The notes below the pieces were generated by a model, which worked only from the letters and a program-made list of their open reading frames with translations, was not told the DNA's origin and did no database searches. This document shows positions 1-9,144 of a stretch of 64,000 nt of DNA, in pieces (position 1 is the stretch's first letter; every line of letters starts with the position of its first letter). The DNA lies in NCBI GenBank assembly GCA_963762145.1, contig CAVXJS010000022.1, positions 96,001-160,000 of the forward strand. The letters are read 5' to 3'. The DNA comes from an uncultured Candidatus Rokubacteria bacterium (GTDB lineage Bacteria > Methylomirabilota > Methylomirabilia > Rokubacteriales > CSP1-6). The position numbers and the translations under genes are program-made.

Positions 1-235
1 TGATCACGCCGGCGTCCATCTCGCTGTAGTTCACCTGGCGGCACTCGAAGCCGGGCAGCGACGCCGGGATCCCCTGCTGCAGCCGCGCCAGCTCCATGAA
101 GGACCCGCCGTCGTCGGTGAACCGCTTGAGCTCCACGACCTGCACGCCCTCGATCTCGGGCGCGGCCCCGTAGTCCTGCAGGGCAAAGGCCCGCTTGGCC
201 GCGTCGCTCAGCTCGATCGGGTCGCGCGAGGCCAT
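1..235 (-). CDS. rfbC: dTDP-4-dehydrorhamnose 3,5-epimerase family protein (5' part; runs off the window)
   Basis: The ATG at 235 overlaps the rfbA stop (TGATG). The translation MASRDPIEL...EIEGVQVVELKRFTDDGGSFMEL...RQVNYS resembles the RmlC N-terminus. Confidence 0.75.
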   Translation of the reverse strand, partial: MASRDPIELSDAAKRAFALQDYGAAPEIEGVQVVELKRFTDDGGSFMELARLQQGIPASLPGFECRQVNYSEMDAGVI

Positions 236-1296
236 CAGATCAGACCCACCTCGCTGCGATCGCCCAGCATGAAGTTGAACGAGCGCGGCTTGGACGCGGT
301 CCGGTGAATGGACACGTTGCGCCCGATCAGGCTCGACTCGATGCGCCCGCCCACGTCGGTCACGCTCGCGCCCTCGAGGATGATGGAGTGCTCCACCTCG
401 CTGGCGCGGAGCACCACCCGGTCGCCGATCGACGTGAACGGGCCCACGTAGGCGCTCTCGATGACCGCGTCGCGGCCGATGATCGCCGGCCCGCGCACCG
501 TGCTCTTGATCACCCGCGCGCCCGCCTCGATCACCACCCGGCCGACGATCTCGCTGTCCTCCACCGTCCCGTCGGTCCGGGGCATCAGGGTGTCCAGGAT
601 GATCCGGTTGGCCTCCAGCATGTCCTCGAGCTTGCCGGTATCCTTCCACCAGCCCTCGATGATGTGGGGCCGTACGATGTGACGCTGGTCGATCAGCCAC
701 TGGATCGCGTCGGTGATCTCGAGCTCGCCGCGCGCCGACGGCTTGATGGCCTTGACCGCCTTGAAGACCGTCGCGTCGAACATGTAGACGCCGACCAGGC
801 CCAGGTTGGAGGGCGGATCCTTCGGCTTTTCCACCAGGCGCACCACCTGCCCGTCCTTCAGCACCGCGACGCCGAACTGGGTCGCGTCGGGCACGGCCGC
901 GAGCAGGATCTGGCAGTTGGGCTTCTCGTCGCGGAAGCGCGTGACCAGGGGCTCGAGACGCTCACGGATCAGGTTGTCGCCCAGGTACATGCAGAACGGC
1001 TCGGTGCCGAGGAACGGCTCGGAGACGAGCACCGCGTGCGCGAGGCCCAGCGGGGCCTCCTGTTCGATGTACGTGATCGACACCCCGAACCGGCTGCCAT
1101 CCCCGACCGCGTCGCGGATCTCCTGCCGGGTGTCGCCGACCACGATCCCGATCTCCCGGATCCCCGAGGCGGCCAGCGCCTCGATCCCATAGAAGAGGAT
1201 GGGCTTGTTGGCCACCGGAACGAGCTGCTTCGCCGAGGTGAACGTGATCGGACGGAGACGCGTGCCCCGGCCCCCGGAGAGGATTAGCCCTTTCAT
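235..1296 (-). CDS. rfbA: glucose-1-phosphate thymidylyltransferase (long form)
   Basis: GLILSGGRGTRLRPIT...KQLVPVANKP, EKP, RGELEITDA and WWKDTG motifs, plus a C-terminal hexapeptide-repeat region. Confidence 0.93.
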   Translation of the reverse strand: MKGLILSGGRGTRLRPITFTSAKQLVPVANKPILFYGIEALAASGIREIGIVVGDTRQEIRDAVGDGSRFGVSITYIEQEAPLGLAHAVLVSEPFLGTEPFCMYLGDNLIRERLEPLVTRFRDEKPNCQILLAAVPDATQFGVAVLKDGQVVRLVEKPKDPPSNLGLVGVYMFDATVFKAVKAIKPSARGELEITDAIQWLIDQRHIVRPHIIEGWWKDTGKLEDMLEANRIILDTLMPRTDGTVEDSEIVGRVVIEAGARVIKSTVRGPAIIGRDAVIESAYVGPFTSIGDRVVLRASEVEHSIILEGASVTDVGGRIESSLIGRNVSIHRTASKPRSFNFMLGDRSEVGLI

Positions 1297-1421
1297 TTAG
1301 CGGCCAAGTATAGCAGTCTTACCCAACCGCCACTAGCCGCCCTACCGGGCTTGCCAGATCCGACCGGAAAGGGTGGTATTATGAACGTACTGAAATCGCT
1401 GAGACTTTCATCCAGGAGCGG

Positions 1422-2645
1422 GTGATGGCGACGTTGAAGGATATGCTGGCAGACGCCCGGCGGGTGGTACCCGAGCAGGGGCCGGCCGAGGTCAAGAAGC
1501 GAATCGACGCCGGGGAGCCGCTCGTCCTGATCGACGTCCGCGACCCGGACGAGTACCGCGACGGCTTCATCGAGCCCGCGACGAACATCAGCCGCGGCTT
1601 CCTCGAGTTCCGCATCGGCGGCGCGGCGGCGGATCCGACGACGCCGATCGTGCTGTACTGCCAGAGCGGCCTCCGGTCGATGCTCGCCGCCAAGGCCCTC
1701 CGCGACCTCGGCTACGAGAACGTGACCAACCTGCAGGGCGGCTTCCAGAAGTGGGCGCAGTCCGGCCTGCCGGTGGCCAAGGACCGCCCGATGAACGCCG
1801 AGCAGATCCAGCGCTACAGCCGTCACTTCCTGCTGAGCCAGGTGGGCGAGAAGGGCCAGCGCAAGCTGCTCCGCTCGAAGGTGCTGCTGATCGGCGCGGG
1901 CGGGCTCGGCTCGCCGACCGCGCTGTATCTGGCCGCGGCGGGTGTCGGCACGATGGGCCTGATGGACGGCGACGTGGTGGACGTGTCGAACCTGCAGCGG
2001 CAGATCCTCCACACCACCGCGAACGTGGGGCGGCCCAAGGTCGAGTCGGGCACCGAGATGATCCGGGCGCTGAATCCGGACGTCAACGTCATCCCGCTGC
2101 CGACGCGCATCACCGTCGACAACGTGATGGACATCATCAAGGACTACGACCTGGTCATCGACGGGTCGGACAACTTCGACACTCGCTACCTGATGAACGA
2201 CGCCTGCTACCTGGCGGGCAAGACCAACGTGCACGGCTCGATCTTCCAGTTCGAGGGTATGGCCACCGTGCTCGCCCCGAACCAGGGCCCGTGCTACCGC
2301 TGCCTCTACCCGACGCCGCCGCCCCCCGGGCTCGTCCCCAGCTGAAGCGAGGCCGGCGTCCTGGGCGTGCTCCCAGGCATCATCGGAGTGATACAGGCCA
2401 CCGAGGCCATCAAGGTGCTGCTCGGCATCGGCGAGCCCCTGATCGGCCGGCTCCTGACCTACGATGCGCTCGGCATGCGCTTCCGCGAGGTCAAGCTACG
2501 CCGCGACCCCAAGTGCCCGCTCTGCGGCGAGCACCCGACCATCACGGACCTCTCGATTCACAGCGGCACCGCGGACGGCTGCGCGGTCAGTGACAATGGC
2601 CATACCGCGCCCGCGGCCGCACCAGCCGCGACACCGCGCGGGTAG
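1422..2645 (+). CDS. moeB: rhodanese-MoeB fusion (MoeZ-type adenylyltransferase/sulfurtransferase), probable selenoprotein with in-frame TGA at 2343-2345
   Basis: Rhodanese domain (DVRDPDEY, YCQSGLRS), then RYSRH, GAGGLGS, SNLQRQ, DGSDNF, PCYRCLYP...PS-TGA-SEAGVLGVLPG and a second CPLC. ORFs 1422-2345 and 2367-2645 are in the same frame. Confidence 0.9.
2346..2386 (+). promoter_or_regulatory. candidate bacterial SECIS element
   Basis: Stem CCTGGG(2360-65)/CCCAGG(2372-77) with loop CGUGCU (G at position 2, GU present), starting 20 nt after the UGA. A bulged U is possible at 2359. Confidence 0.6.
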
Positions 2646-2687
2646 CCCACTCCCGCGCGATCATCGCGGCGGCGCGCGGCCGGCCGC

Positions 2688-2933
2688 TCACGCCGCGCGG
2701 ATTCTCATCGGCGCGGCCACGGGCTCCTGCTCCCGCGCCGCTTTCACGATCACCCGGCCACGCTGGGGAAGGCCCTCCGCGCGGTCGAGCCACACGCTGA
2801 GGGGATAGGTATCCTCACTCGCGCAGGCCGGACAGCGGCGGGAGAGCGATCCATCGAAGACGGCGTTGCAGGCCAGATCTAGGCAGAGGAGAGCGGACTC
2901 CAGCTGGATCTTGAACGAGCTGATGGGCTCCAT
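2688..2933 (-). CDS. small zinc-ribbon-like protein
   Basis: 81 aa with CLDLAC and CPAC motifs; GGAGG RBS upstream. Confidence 0.6.
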   Translation of the reverse strand: MEPISSFKIQLESALLCLDLACNAVFDGSLSRRCPACASEDTYPLSVWLDRAEGLPQRGRVIVKAAREQEPVAAPMRIRAA

Positions 2934-3118
2934 GAAATCCTCCCCGCGGGGCTGGTCGTGCGTGCGTTCCGAGTGAGCGCCGATTCCTCACGCGAGACGC
3001 TGACGGCAAGAAGTAAGCCACCGGGAGACCCACACGAAATCCCTGGGTTACGTTCTCGAGCCCCGCACGGCGGGCTGGCGTTTCGCCCGAGCGAGGACGA
3101 AATTTCGGGCAGGAAGCA

Positions 3119-3142
3119 GCGCGCCTGCAGGGATTCGAACCC
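3119..3142 (-). repeat. att-like copy of the tRNA-Arg 3' end
   Basis: gcgcgcctgcagggattcgaaccc matches 4158-4181 at 23 of 24 nt. Confidence 0.75.
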
Positions 3143-3191
3143 AGCCGGCGAATGCTACCCAGTAAGCGCAACTTTTCATGACGACACTCGC

Positions 3192-4136
3192 TCAGCGGGA
3201 TCGTCCCGACGCTCGGCGCAGCTTGTCGAGGAACGACGCCGGCATCTCGTGCCCGAGCTGCTGAGCCTTTTGCACGTCCTGCCAGGCCCGTTCGTGGTCT
3301 CCCTTGCCGTAGTAGGCGACCGCGCGGTTGCCATAGGCGTCTCCGAATCTCGGCGCCTGCGCGAGCGCCGCGCTCAGATCGGCGATCGTCCGATCGTACT
3401 GCTTCGTCGCGACGTGGATCGTCCCGCGATCGTAGAGCGCGCTGGAATCGGACGGATTGAGCTCCAGGGCCCGGTTGCAGTCGGTCAGCGCACGGTCGAA
3501 TTCGTCCAGGACGATGTAGAGGAAGCAGCGGTTCGTGTACGCTCGCGAATATTCCGGGTCCAGTCGGATCGCCCGATCGAAATACGCGATGGCCTCCCGA
3601 TACTTCTTCGCCTTCTTCAGTCGGACACCCCGGTCGAAGACCATCGCGGCATCGGGGGACGGCCTGAAGATCGTGAAGGCGCCGGTGGCGACTCTCTGAC
3701 CGTCGACGAAGAGATTCACCCGGTAGATCCCCGCGGTCCAGCTGTCGACGTTCCGCCAACCCCAGCTGTGCTGGTGATACGAGCTCGTCCAGCCCGGCTC
3801 GACGGAGGTCTGATTCGTTTGCCGGGCCAGGATCGTGCCGTCCGACCGAGACCAGACCTGCTCCACCGAGAAGCTCTTCCGGCTCGTCGGGGCGGGGTGG
3901 TCGAGATTGAGCTCCCAGGCGATGAAGCGGGCCGACGCCCGCTCAAACCAGTTCGCATAGACGCGTTTGCTGCGGGGCGTGTACTCGTATGGTGTCTCGA
4001 AGAACCGCACCAACGTGACGCGGGCGTCCAGCGATGGTATGAAGCCGGTCGGGCCCTGGGCCCGCGCCGCCGGCTGGATAACGGGGAGCAGGGCGATGGT
4101 CACCACGGCGAGCAGCGCCAGCCGGATCGGGCTCAT
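3192..4136 (-). CDS. secreted tetratricopeptide-repeat protein
   Basis: N-terminal signal peptide; C-terminal TPR units (AIAYFDRAIRLDP, ALTDCNRALELNP, AYGNRAVAY). Confidence 0.85.
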   Translation of the reverse strand: MSPIRLALLAVVTIALLPVIQPAARAQGPTGFIPSLDARVTLVRFFETPYEYTPRSKRVYANWFERASARFIAWELNLDHPAPTSRKSFSVEQVWSRSDGTILARQTNQTSVEPGWTSSYHQHSWGWRNVDSWTAGIYRVNLFVDGQRVATGAFTIFRPSPDAAMVFDRGVRLKKAKKYREAIAYFDRAIRLDPEYSRAYTNRCFLYIVLDEFDRALTDCNRALELNPSDSSALYDRGTIHVATKQYDRTIADLSAALAQAPRFGDAYGNRAVAYYGKGDHERAWQDVQKAQQLGHEMPASFLDKLRRASGRSR

Positions 4137-4155
4137 GCGGCCTCGAAGCTTGGAT

Positions 4156-4232
4156 TGGCGCGCCTGGAGGGATTCGAACCCCCGACCCTCGGCTTAGAAG
4201 GCCGATGCTCTATCCAACTGAGCTACAGGCGC
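4156..4232 (-). tRNA. tRNA-Arg(UCU)
   Basis: GCGCCTGTAGCTCAGTTGGATAGAGCATCGGCC-T-TCT-AA-GCCGAGGGTCGGGGGTTCGAATCCCTCCAGGCGCGCCA forms a cloverleaf with encoded CCA. Confidence 0.97.
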
Positions 4233-4241
4233 GTTAGGTAC

Positions 4242-5453
4242 TTACGATACACCGGGCGAGGGCGACCCGCCCGACTCGAAGTTTTCTCGAAGTTCCGTAA
4301 ACCTTACGCTAGCCGGGACCAGGCGCTCTACGGCCTCTTGTAGGTGGTCCGGGGCGAGGTGGGAATACCTCTGGACCATCCCCAGAGTTCGCCACCCGCC
4401 GAGGGCCTGGATCGACCGGAGGTCGACTCCAGCCATGACTAGTCGCGACGCGAAAGTGTGCCGATTACAGTGCCACGTATAGCCATCCAGGCGACTCGCG
4501 TCCCTTCCGGCCGCCAGTAAGGTCGCCCGCGCGCGCTCGACGGCCTTAGGGAAGAACTTATCAGGCTGCTTATGTAGGCACGCGAAGACGGGTTCCTCCG
4601 GATCGTTCGGCGTGCGCCGCATCGCCGCAAGATCGAGCAGAACAGAGCGGACTATCGAATTCATGGGAACCTGCCGAGTGTATCCAGTCTTGGACTGTCG
4701 CACGCGTATTTGTTGGACAAGAACATCTATGTCCTGCCATTCCAAGGCGAGTTGTTCGCCCCAACGAAGACCCGTGTGGACAGAAACAATGAACAGAGGT
4801 TGAAGGTCAGGGTGGAGGGCATCACGGACTATCCGTTCCTCTTCGCCCAACAGGAACTTGATCCGACCCTCAGGCTCCTTGAACTTCCCTACGCCCGTTA
4901 CAGGATTCGTAGTCGCATGACCGTGCCGGATGGCCCGGTTGAACATGGCATGCAATAACGTCCGATATCGGTTCCGGGTGGAGTGGGACCGCTCCTGGAG
5001 CAACCCGTCCAGAAAGCTATCTACGTCGCGAGGAGTGACCGCATCGAGTTTCATTCCGCCGAAAGCCTTCTTCATCAAGTCGACACGGCTTTCCTCGGTG
5101 CGCCATCCGCGATGGTGCAGCTTCGACCAAATGAGGTACTGCTCACCATACTCACCAAATGTCACGCGGCGGGCCTCGGTCTGGCGCTCCGCTAGTGCGC
5201 GTTCTCGTGCCCTCCGCCGCTCCTCCTTCGGGCACCAACCTGGCTCGTCATGGGCCCTCGCTCGTCGAGCGTGGTATGCGCGCAAGGCAACGCTTTTGAT
5301 CGGTCCGGCCTTCTCTTGATGGATATGGCCAACCGCGCACGTATATCGAATGCCCCATTCCTCGGACGGATGACGGAACAAACCGGGAGGGGCCTGGTCC
5401 TTCTTACGGGTCGACCAACTCCGGTGACTGCGGGGCACCTCATCACCGTTCAT
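4242..5453 (-). CDS. tyrosine recombinase/integrase
   Basis: HTGLRWGE (catalytic R), SKTG, WHCNRHTFASRL (HxxR), LGGW and VQRYSHL (catalytic Y). Confidence 0.95.
   Translation of the reverse strand: MNGDEVPRSHRSWSTRKKDQAPPGLFRHPSEEWGIRYTCAVGHIHQEKAGPIKSVALRAYHARRARAHDEPGWCPKEERRRARERALAERQTEARRVTFGEYGEQYLIWSKLHHRGWRTEESRVDLMKKAFGGMKLDAVTPRDVDSFLDGLLQERSHSTRNRYRTLLHAMFNRAIRHGHATTNPVTGVGKFKEPEGRIKFLLGEEERIVRDALHPDLQPLFIVSVHTGLRWGEQLALEWQDIDVLVQQIRVRQSKTGYTRQVPMNSIVRSVLLDLAAMRRTPNDPEEPVFACLHKQPDKFFPKAVERARATLLAAGRDASRLDGYTWHCNRHTFASRLVMAGVDLRSIQALGGWRTLGMVQRYSHLAPDHLQEAVERLVPASVRFTELRENFESGGSPSPGVS
4276..4297. repeat. candidate integrase arm-type sites (left)
   Basis: TCGAAGTTTTC-TCGAAGTTCCG; the same 11-bp-spaced pair occurs at 33830-33851. 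Confidence 0.6.
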
Positions 5454-5522
5454 GGTTTGCTCGTGGACCGGGGGCCGGTAGGCCTCGTGGGATCAACCAT
5501 CTTCTATAGGAGCCCACACGGT

Positions 5523-6155
5523 TCATCTCGCGCTCTTTTTCAGCATTCGCCTATTTCGCATCCTTTGCGAGCACACGCTTGAGCAGTATATCTGCCGTTT
5601 ACTCGCTACTAACCACGCACCGCATTCCGTACACGATCGGAGTCGTGATCCGGACACTAAGATAAGATTGAACAGGCCTCTCACGATCGCCCCTCCCTCA
5701 TCATCCTCCCAATAGAGGAGTGGTCGGCCCACAGACCGCCCCCGTTCGCGTACAAGAAAAACCCGCCCTTGCGAAGGGACAGGCAAACGCTCACCGGCAA
5801 GGTAAGTCTGAATGGCTTTCCGGAGCGTGGCATGGATCGTCCGGATCTTCTGGTCGGCTAGTGGTCCAACTGTCACTCGATAGCTCGAATCACTAGGTAT
5901 CAAAACCCGGAGGCCGTAGCCGAGGGACTCCCGTTCTGCTGAACTCAATTCTTCAAGATCCAATTGAGCGAAAGCGACAGCCCATCTAAGCTGAGCCGTC
6001 GGCCTTCCGGGCATTTCCTTCTGAGCACGGTCCATCTGGTGCCGATACTCCTGCACTTCGGACCACGATGGGCGCCTCGCGAGCCGGACGCGTGATCGGC
6101 CTAAGGCCTGCGATAGGGCTCGTCCATTCCTAGTCTTCCCGCCCATAGGCTTCAC
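5523..6155 (-). CDS. hypothetical protein with C-terminal CGNR-like zinc finger
   Basis: CTECGAW...RQIYCSSVCSQRMRNRR; lies between the integrase and the excisionase-like gene. Confidence 0.65.
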   Translation of the reverse strand: MKPMGGKTRNGRALSQALGRSRVRLARRPSWSEVQEYRHQMDRAQKEMPGRPTAQLRWAVAFAQLDLEELSSAERESLGYGLRVLIPSDSSYRVTVGPLADQKIRTIHATLRKAIQTYLAGERLPVPSQGRVFLVRERGRSVGRPLLYWEDDEGGAIVRGLFNLILVSGSRLRSCTECGAWLVASKRQIYCSSVCSQRMRNRRMLKKSAR

Positions 6156-6319
6156 CCCTCCCGATCGCTCCCGATCCCTCTCAATCGCTCTTTATCGTTC
6201 CCTCTCTAAGTCTACCGCCCTACGGCGTCTATGTAAAACAGTATTTAACTTCGGTACGATAATCATACTATAATCGTCTTACGATCGCTAAGACCAATCT
6301 CGTTCGGAAGGAGACGCCT

Positions 6320-6541
6320 ATGAAACAATCCATGAATCTCGAGGAAGCTGGAAAATTTATAGGGGTCTCCCCGCACACGCTCCGGGTATACGCGCGCACG
6401 GGGCGGGTGACGCACTTCAAAATCGGCCGCAGACTCGTCTTTGATCGAGCCGACCTTGAAGAATTTCTCGCCACAAAGAAAAAGCCAGCCCACATTGCGC
6501 CGGCAACGACCGCAGGACGTGGTTCGGGCCGCAAGCTCTAA
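6320..6541 (+). CDS. excisionase-family helix-turn-helix protein
   Basis: MNLEEAGKFIGVSPHTLRVYARTGRVTHFKIGRRLVFDRADLEEFL; AGGAG RBS; TATAAT near 6269. Confidence 0.85.
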   Translation: MKQSMNLEEAGKFIGVSPHTLRVYARTGRVTHFKIGRRLVFDRADLEEFLATKKKPAHIAPATTAGRGSGRKL

Positions 6542-6730
6542 ACGGCGGGAGTGCCGCCGTGACTTCCGCGCCCCAACCATGCTCTGCGCGTACCTCGACA
6601 CAACGGTCCCAAGCAAGACTCGGTTCTTGGGGATACTACCCAACTTCCACGTCTGGAGGGCCATGCGGATGTCAGGGGCCGACCGCGAGCGGCTGGCCGG
6701 GCGAGGGCCGGACCACGCTCGGAGCCGACC

Positions 6731-7939
6731 ATGACTAGGGACGACCAGATCACGGTTTCAGCTACACGTTCGGCCCGAGCGTATCTGAAGGATGGGTTCA
6801 AGGTCATCCCAGTGCCCGCGGGTAAAAAGGGCCCACGTATTAAACGATGGCAAGAACTCAACATCTCGAGGCAGGAGGTCGCCCAACATTTCAACGCTCG
6901 CAACAACATCGGGGTGCTGCTAGGCGCGAAGGCAGACTGGCTCGTCGACGTCGATCTGGACGCCGATGAGGCGGTGACAGCGGCAGAGGCTTTCTTGCCC
7001 AAGACGGGCTGGGTCCACGGTCGCCCGGGGAAGCCGAGGTCTCATCGGTTTTATAGGGCCAAAGGCGTGAAGACGAAGCGGTTCATCGATCCGAAGGGCC
7101 AGTGCCTCGTCGAGCTCCGGAGCACGGGTTGCCAGACCCTTGTCCCGCCAAGCCTTCATCCTTCCGGGGAGCGTTACCGGTGGGACCAGCAAGGCAAACC
7201 GAACCGCGTTCCGGCCAAAGAACTCTACCAGCGTGTCGCCCGCGTGGCCGCCTGCACGCTGATCGCGCGGAGCTGGCCGAAGCGGGGAGATCGCCACTCC
7301 TGTGCGCTGGCCCTCGCGGGCTTGCTTCTCGGGGCGGGTTGGTCGGCCAAGCAGGTCGAACATTTCCTCGCGACGGCCGCTCGGATCGCGGGCGACGAGG
7401 AGTATAGGAAGCGGACCAGCGTTGTCCGGGATACCAAGAAAAGGCTGTCGATGGGCAAGCCCGTCACCGGACGTCGTGCGCTCGAGAAGATCCTCGGCGC
7501 TTCGGTTGTCCATCTCATCTCGGATTGGCTCGAAGCTACGCCGAATCCTGCGAAGGGCCCTCGCGACCGGAGCTCGGAAAACCGTGATTTCAACCTGACG
7601 GCCGTCCGTCTGCTCGAGCTGGATCAGCCTCAGCGTCGGATCGTTGAAGTCAAGGCCGAGATCGCAGGTGCGGTTGAGACATTCCACGTCCTCCCGGCTG
7701 TCGTGAGGGATGCCAAGAAGTTGGCCAGCGTCATAGCGGATCGCCCAGGGGAGATGCTCAACAATGATGATCCGCGACTGGTCCGACTTCGTCACCAGAT
7801 TCCTAGCATTCCGCGCGTTCACGCCGTCTCACAACTCGGCTGGACGGCCACACACGACGTCTTTATGTACGGTACGCGTCCCCTGCGAACCGCCGGCTTC
7901 CATGGGGAGGCTATCTTTCTCACCGGCGAGACACGGTGA
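6731..7939 (+). CDS. bifunctional DNA primase-polymerase (Prim-Pol) domain protein; N-terminal part of the replicase
   Basis: VIPVPAGKKGP, NIGVLLG, LVDVDLD, SHRFYR and LVPPSLHPSGERYRW motifs. The C-terminal QLGW...FMYG begins a DUF927-like domain. Confidence 0.85.
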   Translation: MTRDDQITVSATRSARAYLKDGFKVIPVPAGKKGPRIKRWQELNISRQEVAQHFNARNNIGVLLGAKADWLVDVDLDADEAVTAAEAFLPKTGWVHGRPGKPRSHRFYRAKGVKTKRFIDPKGQCLVELRSTGCQTLVPPSLHPSGERYRWDQQGKPNRVPAKELYQRVARVAACTLIARSWPKRGDRHSCALALAGLLLGAGWSAKQVEHFLATAARIAGDEEYRKRTSVVRDTKKRLSMGKPVTGRRALEKILGASVVHLISDWLEATPNPAKGPRDRSSENRDFNLTAVRLLELDQPQRRIVEVKAEIAGAVETFHVLPAVVRDAKKLASVIADRPGEMLNNDDPRLVRLRHQIPSIPRVHAVSQLGWTATHDVFMYGTRPLRTAGFHGEAIFLTGETR

Positions 7940-9144
7940 TGTCGGCCGTACCGGATCTGGACCCGAAGGGAACACGACAAAAGCAGTATCACTACCTGCG
8001 AGAGCTATGGAAAGAACCCATGGGTCGCTTGGTGCTCGCGCTGTCGGCAGCATCGCCAGCCCTCGAGCTCGTTGGCGCCCCGACGACCGTCTTTCACCTC
8101 GCGGGGCCGACGGGGATCGGCAAGTCCTGCTTGTTCCGGCTCGCGATTGCTGTCTACGGAAACCCGGGCGGGTCACTCCTGCGCTTCGATGTGTCGAAGG
8201 ACACGCAGAACTACATGGATGCGCGACTCGGCATCGTCCGACATTTCCCCGTCCTAATTGACGAGACCACGTTGCTTGATTCTGACGCGATCAGCAAGCT
8301 TGCCTACAATGTGGCGCTGGGCGCAGATAAGGGTCGGCTCGGCGGAACGGACAAGGGCTTTACACCCACTGATCCCAATCCCTATCGCCTGGTGGCCCTA
8401 ATGTCGGGCGAGCATTCCATCCGCGACCAAGTTGAGCATAGCGGTGCGACGGCGCGAATCGCCGAGATCGTTCTGGACAAGCCCATCTTTGAAGTTACCG
8501 AGTTGCGTCGGTGGTATCAGCGTGCCGACTACCATCATGCTTGGATCGGCCGCGACCTCATTCAGAGCGTGATCACGAGGTACCAGGGGGACGAGACCAA
8601 TCGGTGGGCTCGGCTATTCAAGCTCTACAACCGCATCCACCAGAACACCGCGAAGTGGTGTCACAATCACGGGCGGGTGATTGATTTTCTGGCCGTGCTG
8701 CAGCTTGGATTCGTCCTAATGTATCGCCAGCTCATGATGAAGTTCCGGCCCCTCCGACACGGAGAGCTGAAGACGATCCGTGGGAAGGCGCGCACATTTG
8801 CAAGGCAGATCTATGGGCAGCTCAACCTCGTCGTTGGGGTCGATCACGTCCTGAATGAGATCCGGCAGCTTCCGAAGATCTACCGGTGGGTGAAGAAGGG
8901 TCTCGTGCCGCTCCGCATCCTCGAGCCCGTCGCCATCCGTCTAGGGATGGTTCAGCGGGGTCGGCTCACCGCGATGCTGAAGAGACACAATATTAGTTCC
9001 GGCGTTCAGCCCCGGCAGATCCAGTTCAACAAGACAGCGGCCCGAATTTCTTGTCGCTGTGTCCTGCTGACCACGGAAGGTATGAAGCGCCTTTCGGATA
9101 GGTATGAACACAACCGAGTCTTCAGGCGGAGGAGACTAAGCTGA
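7936..9144 (+). CDS. DUF927-type replicative helicase/ATPase; probably frameshift-joined to the Prim-Pol ORF
   Basis: LALSAASPAL...HLAGPTGIGKS (Walker A), VLIDE (Walker B), MSGE, SGATARI. Confidence 0.75.
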   Translation: MMSAVPDLDPKGTRQKQYHYLRELWKEPMGRLVLALSAASPALELVGAPTTVFHLAGPTGIGKSCLFRLAIAVYGNPGGSLLRFDVSKDTQNYMDARLGIVRHFPVLIDETTLLDSDAISKLAYNVALGADKGRLGGTDKGFTPTDPNPYRLVALMSGEHSIRDQVEHSGATARIAEIVLDKPIFEVTELRRWYQRADYHHAWIGRDLIQSVITRYQGDETNRWARLFKLYNRIHQNTAKWCHNHGRVIDFLAVLQLGFVLMYRQLMMKFRPLRHGELKTIRGKARTFARQIYGQLNLVVGVDHVLNEIRQLPKIYRWVKKGLVPLRILEPVAIRLGMVQRGRLTAMLKRHNISSGVQPRQIQFNKTAARISCRCVLLTTEGMKRLSDRYEHNRVFRRRRLS

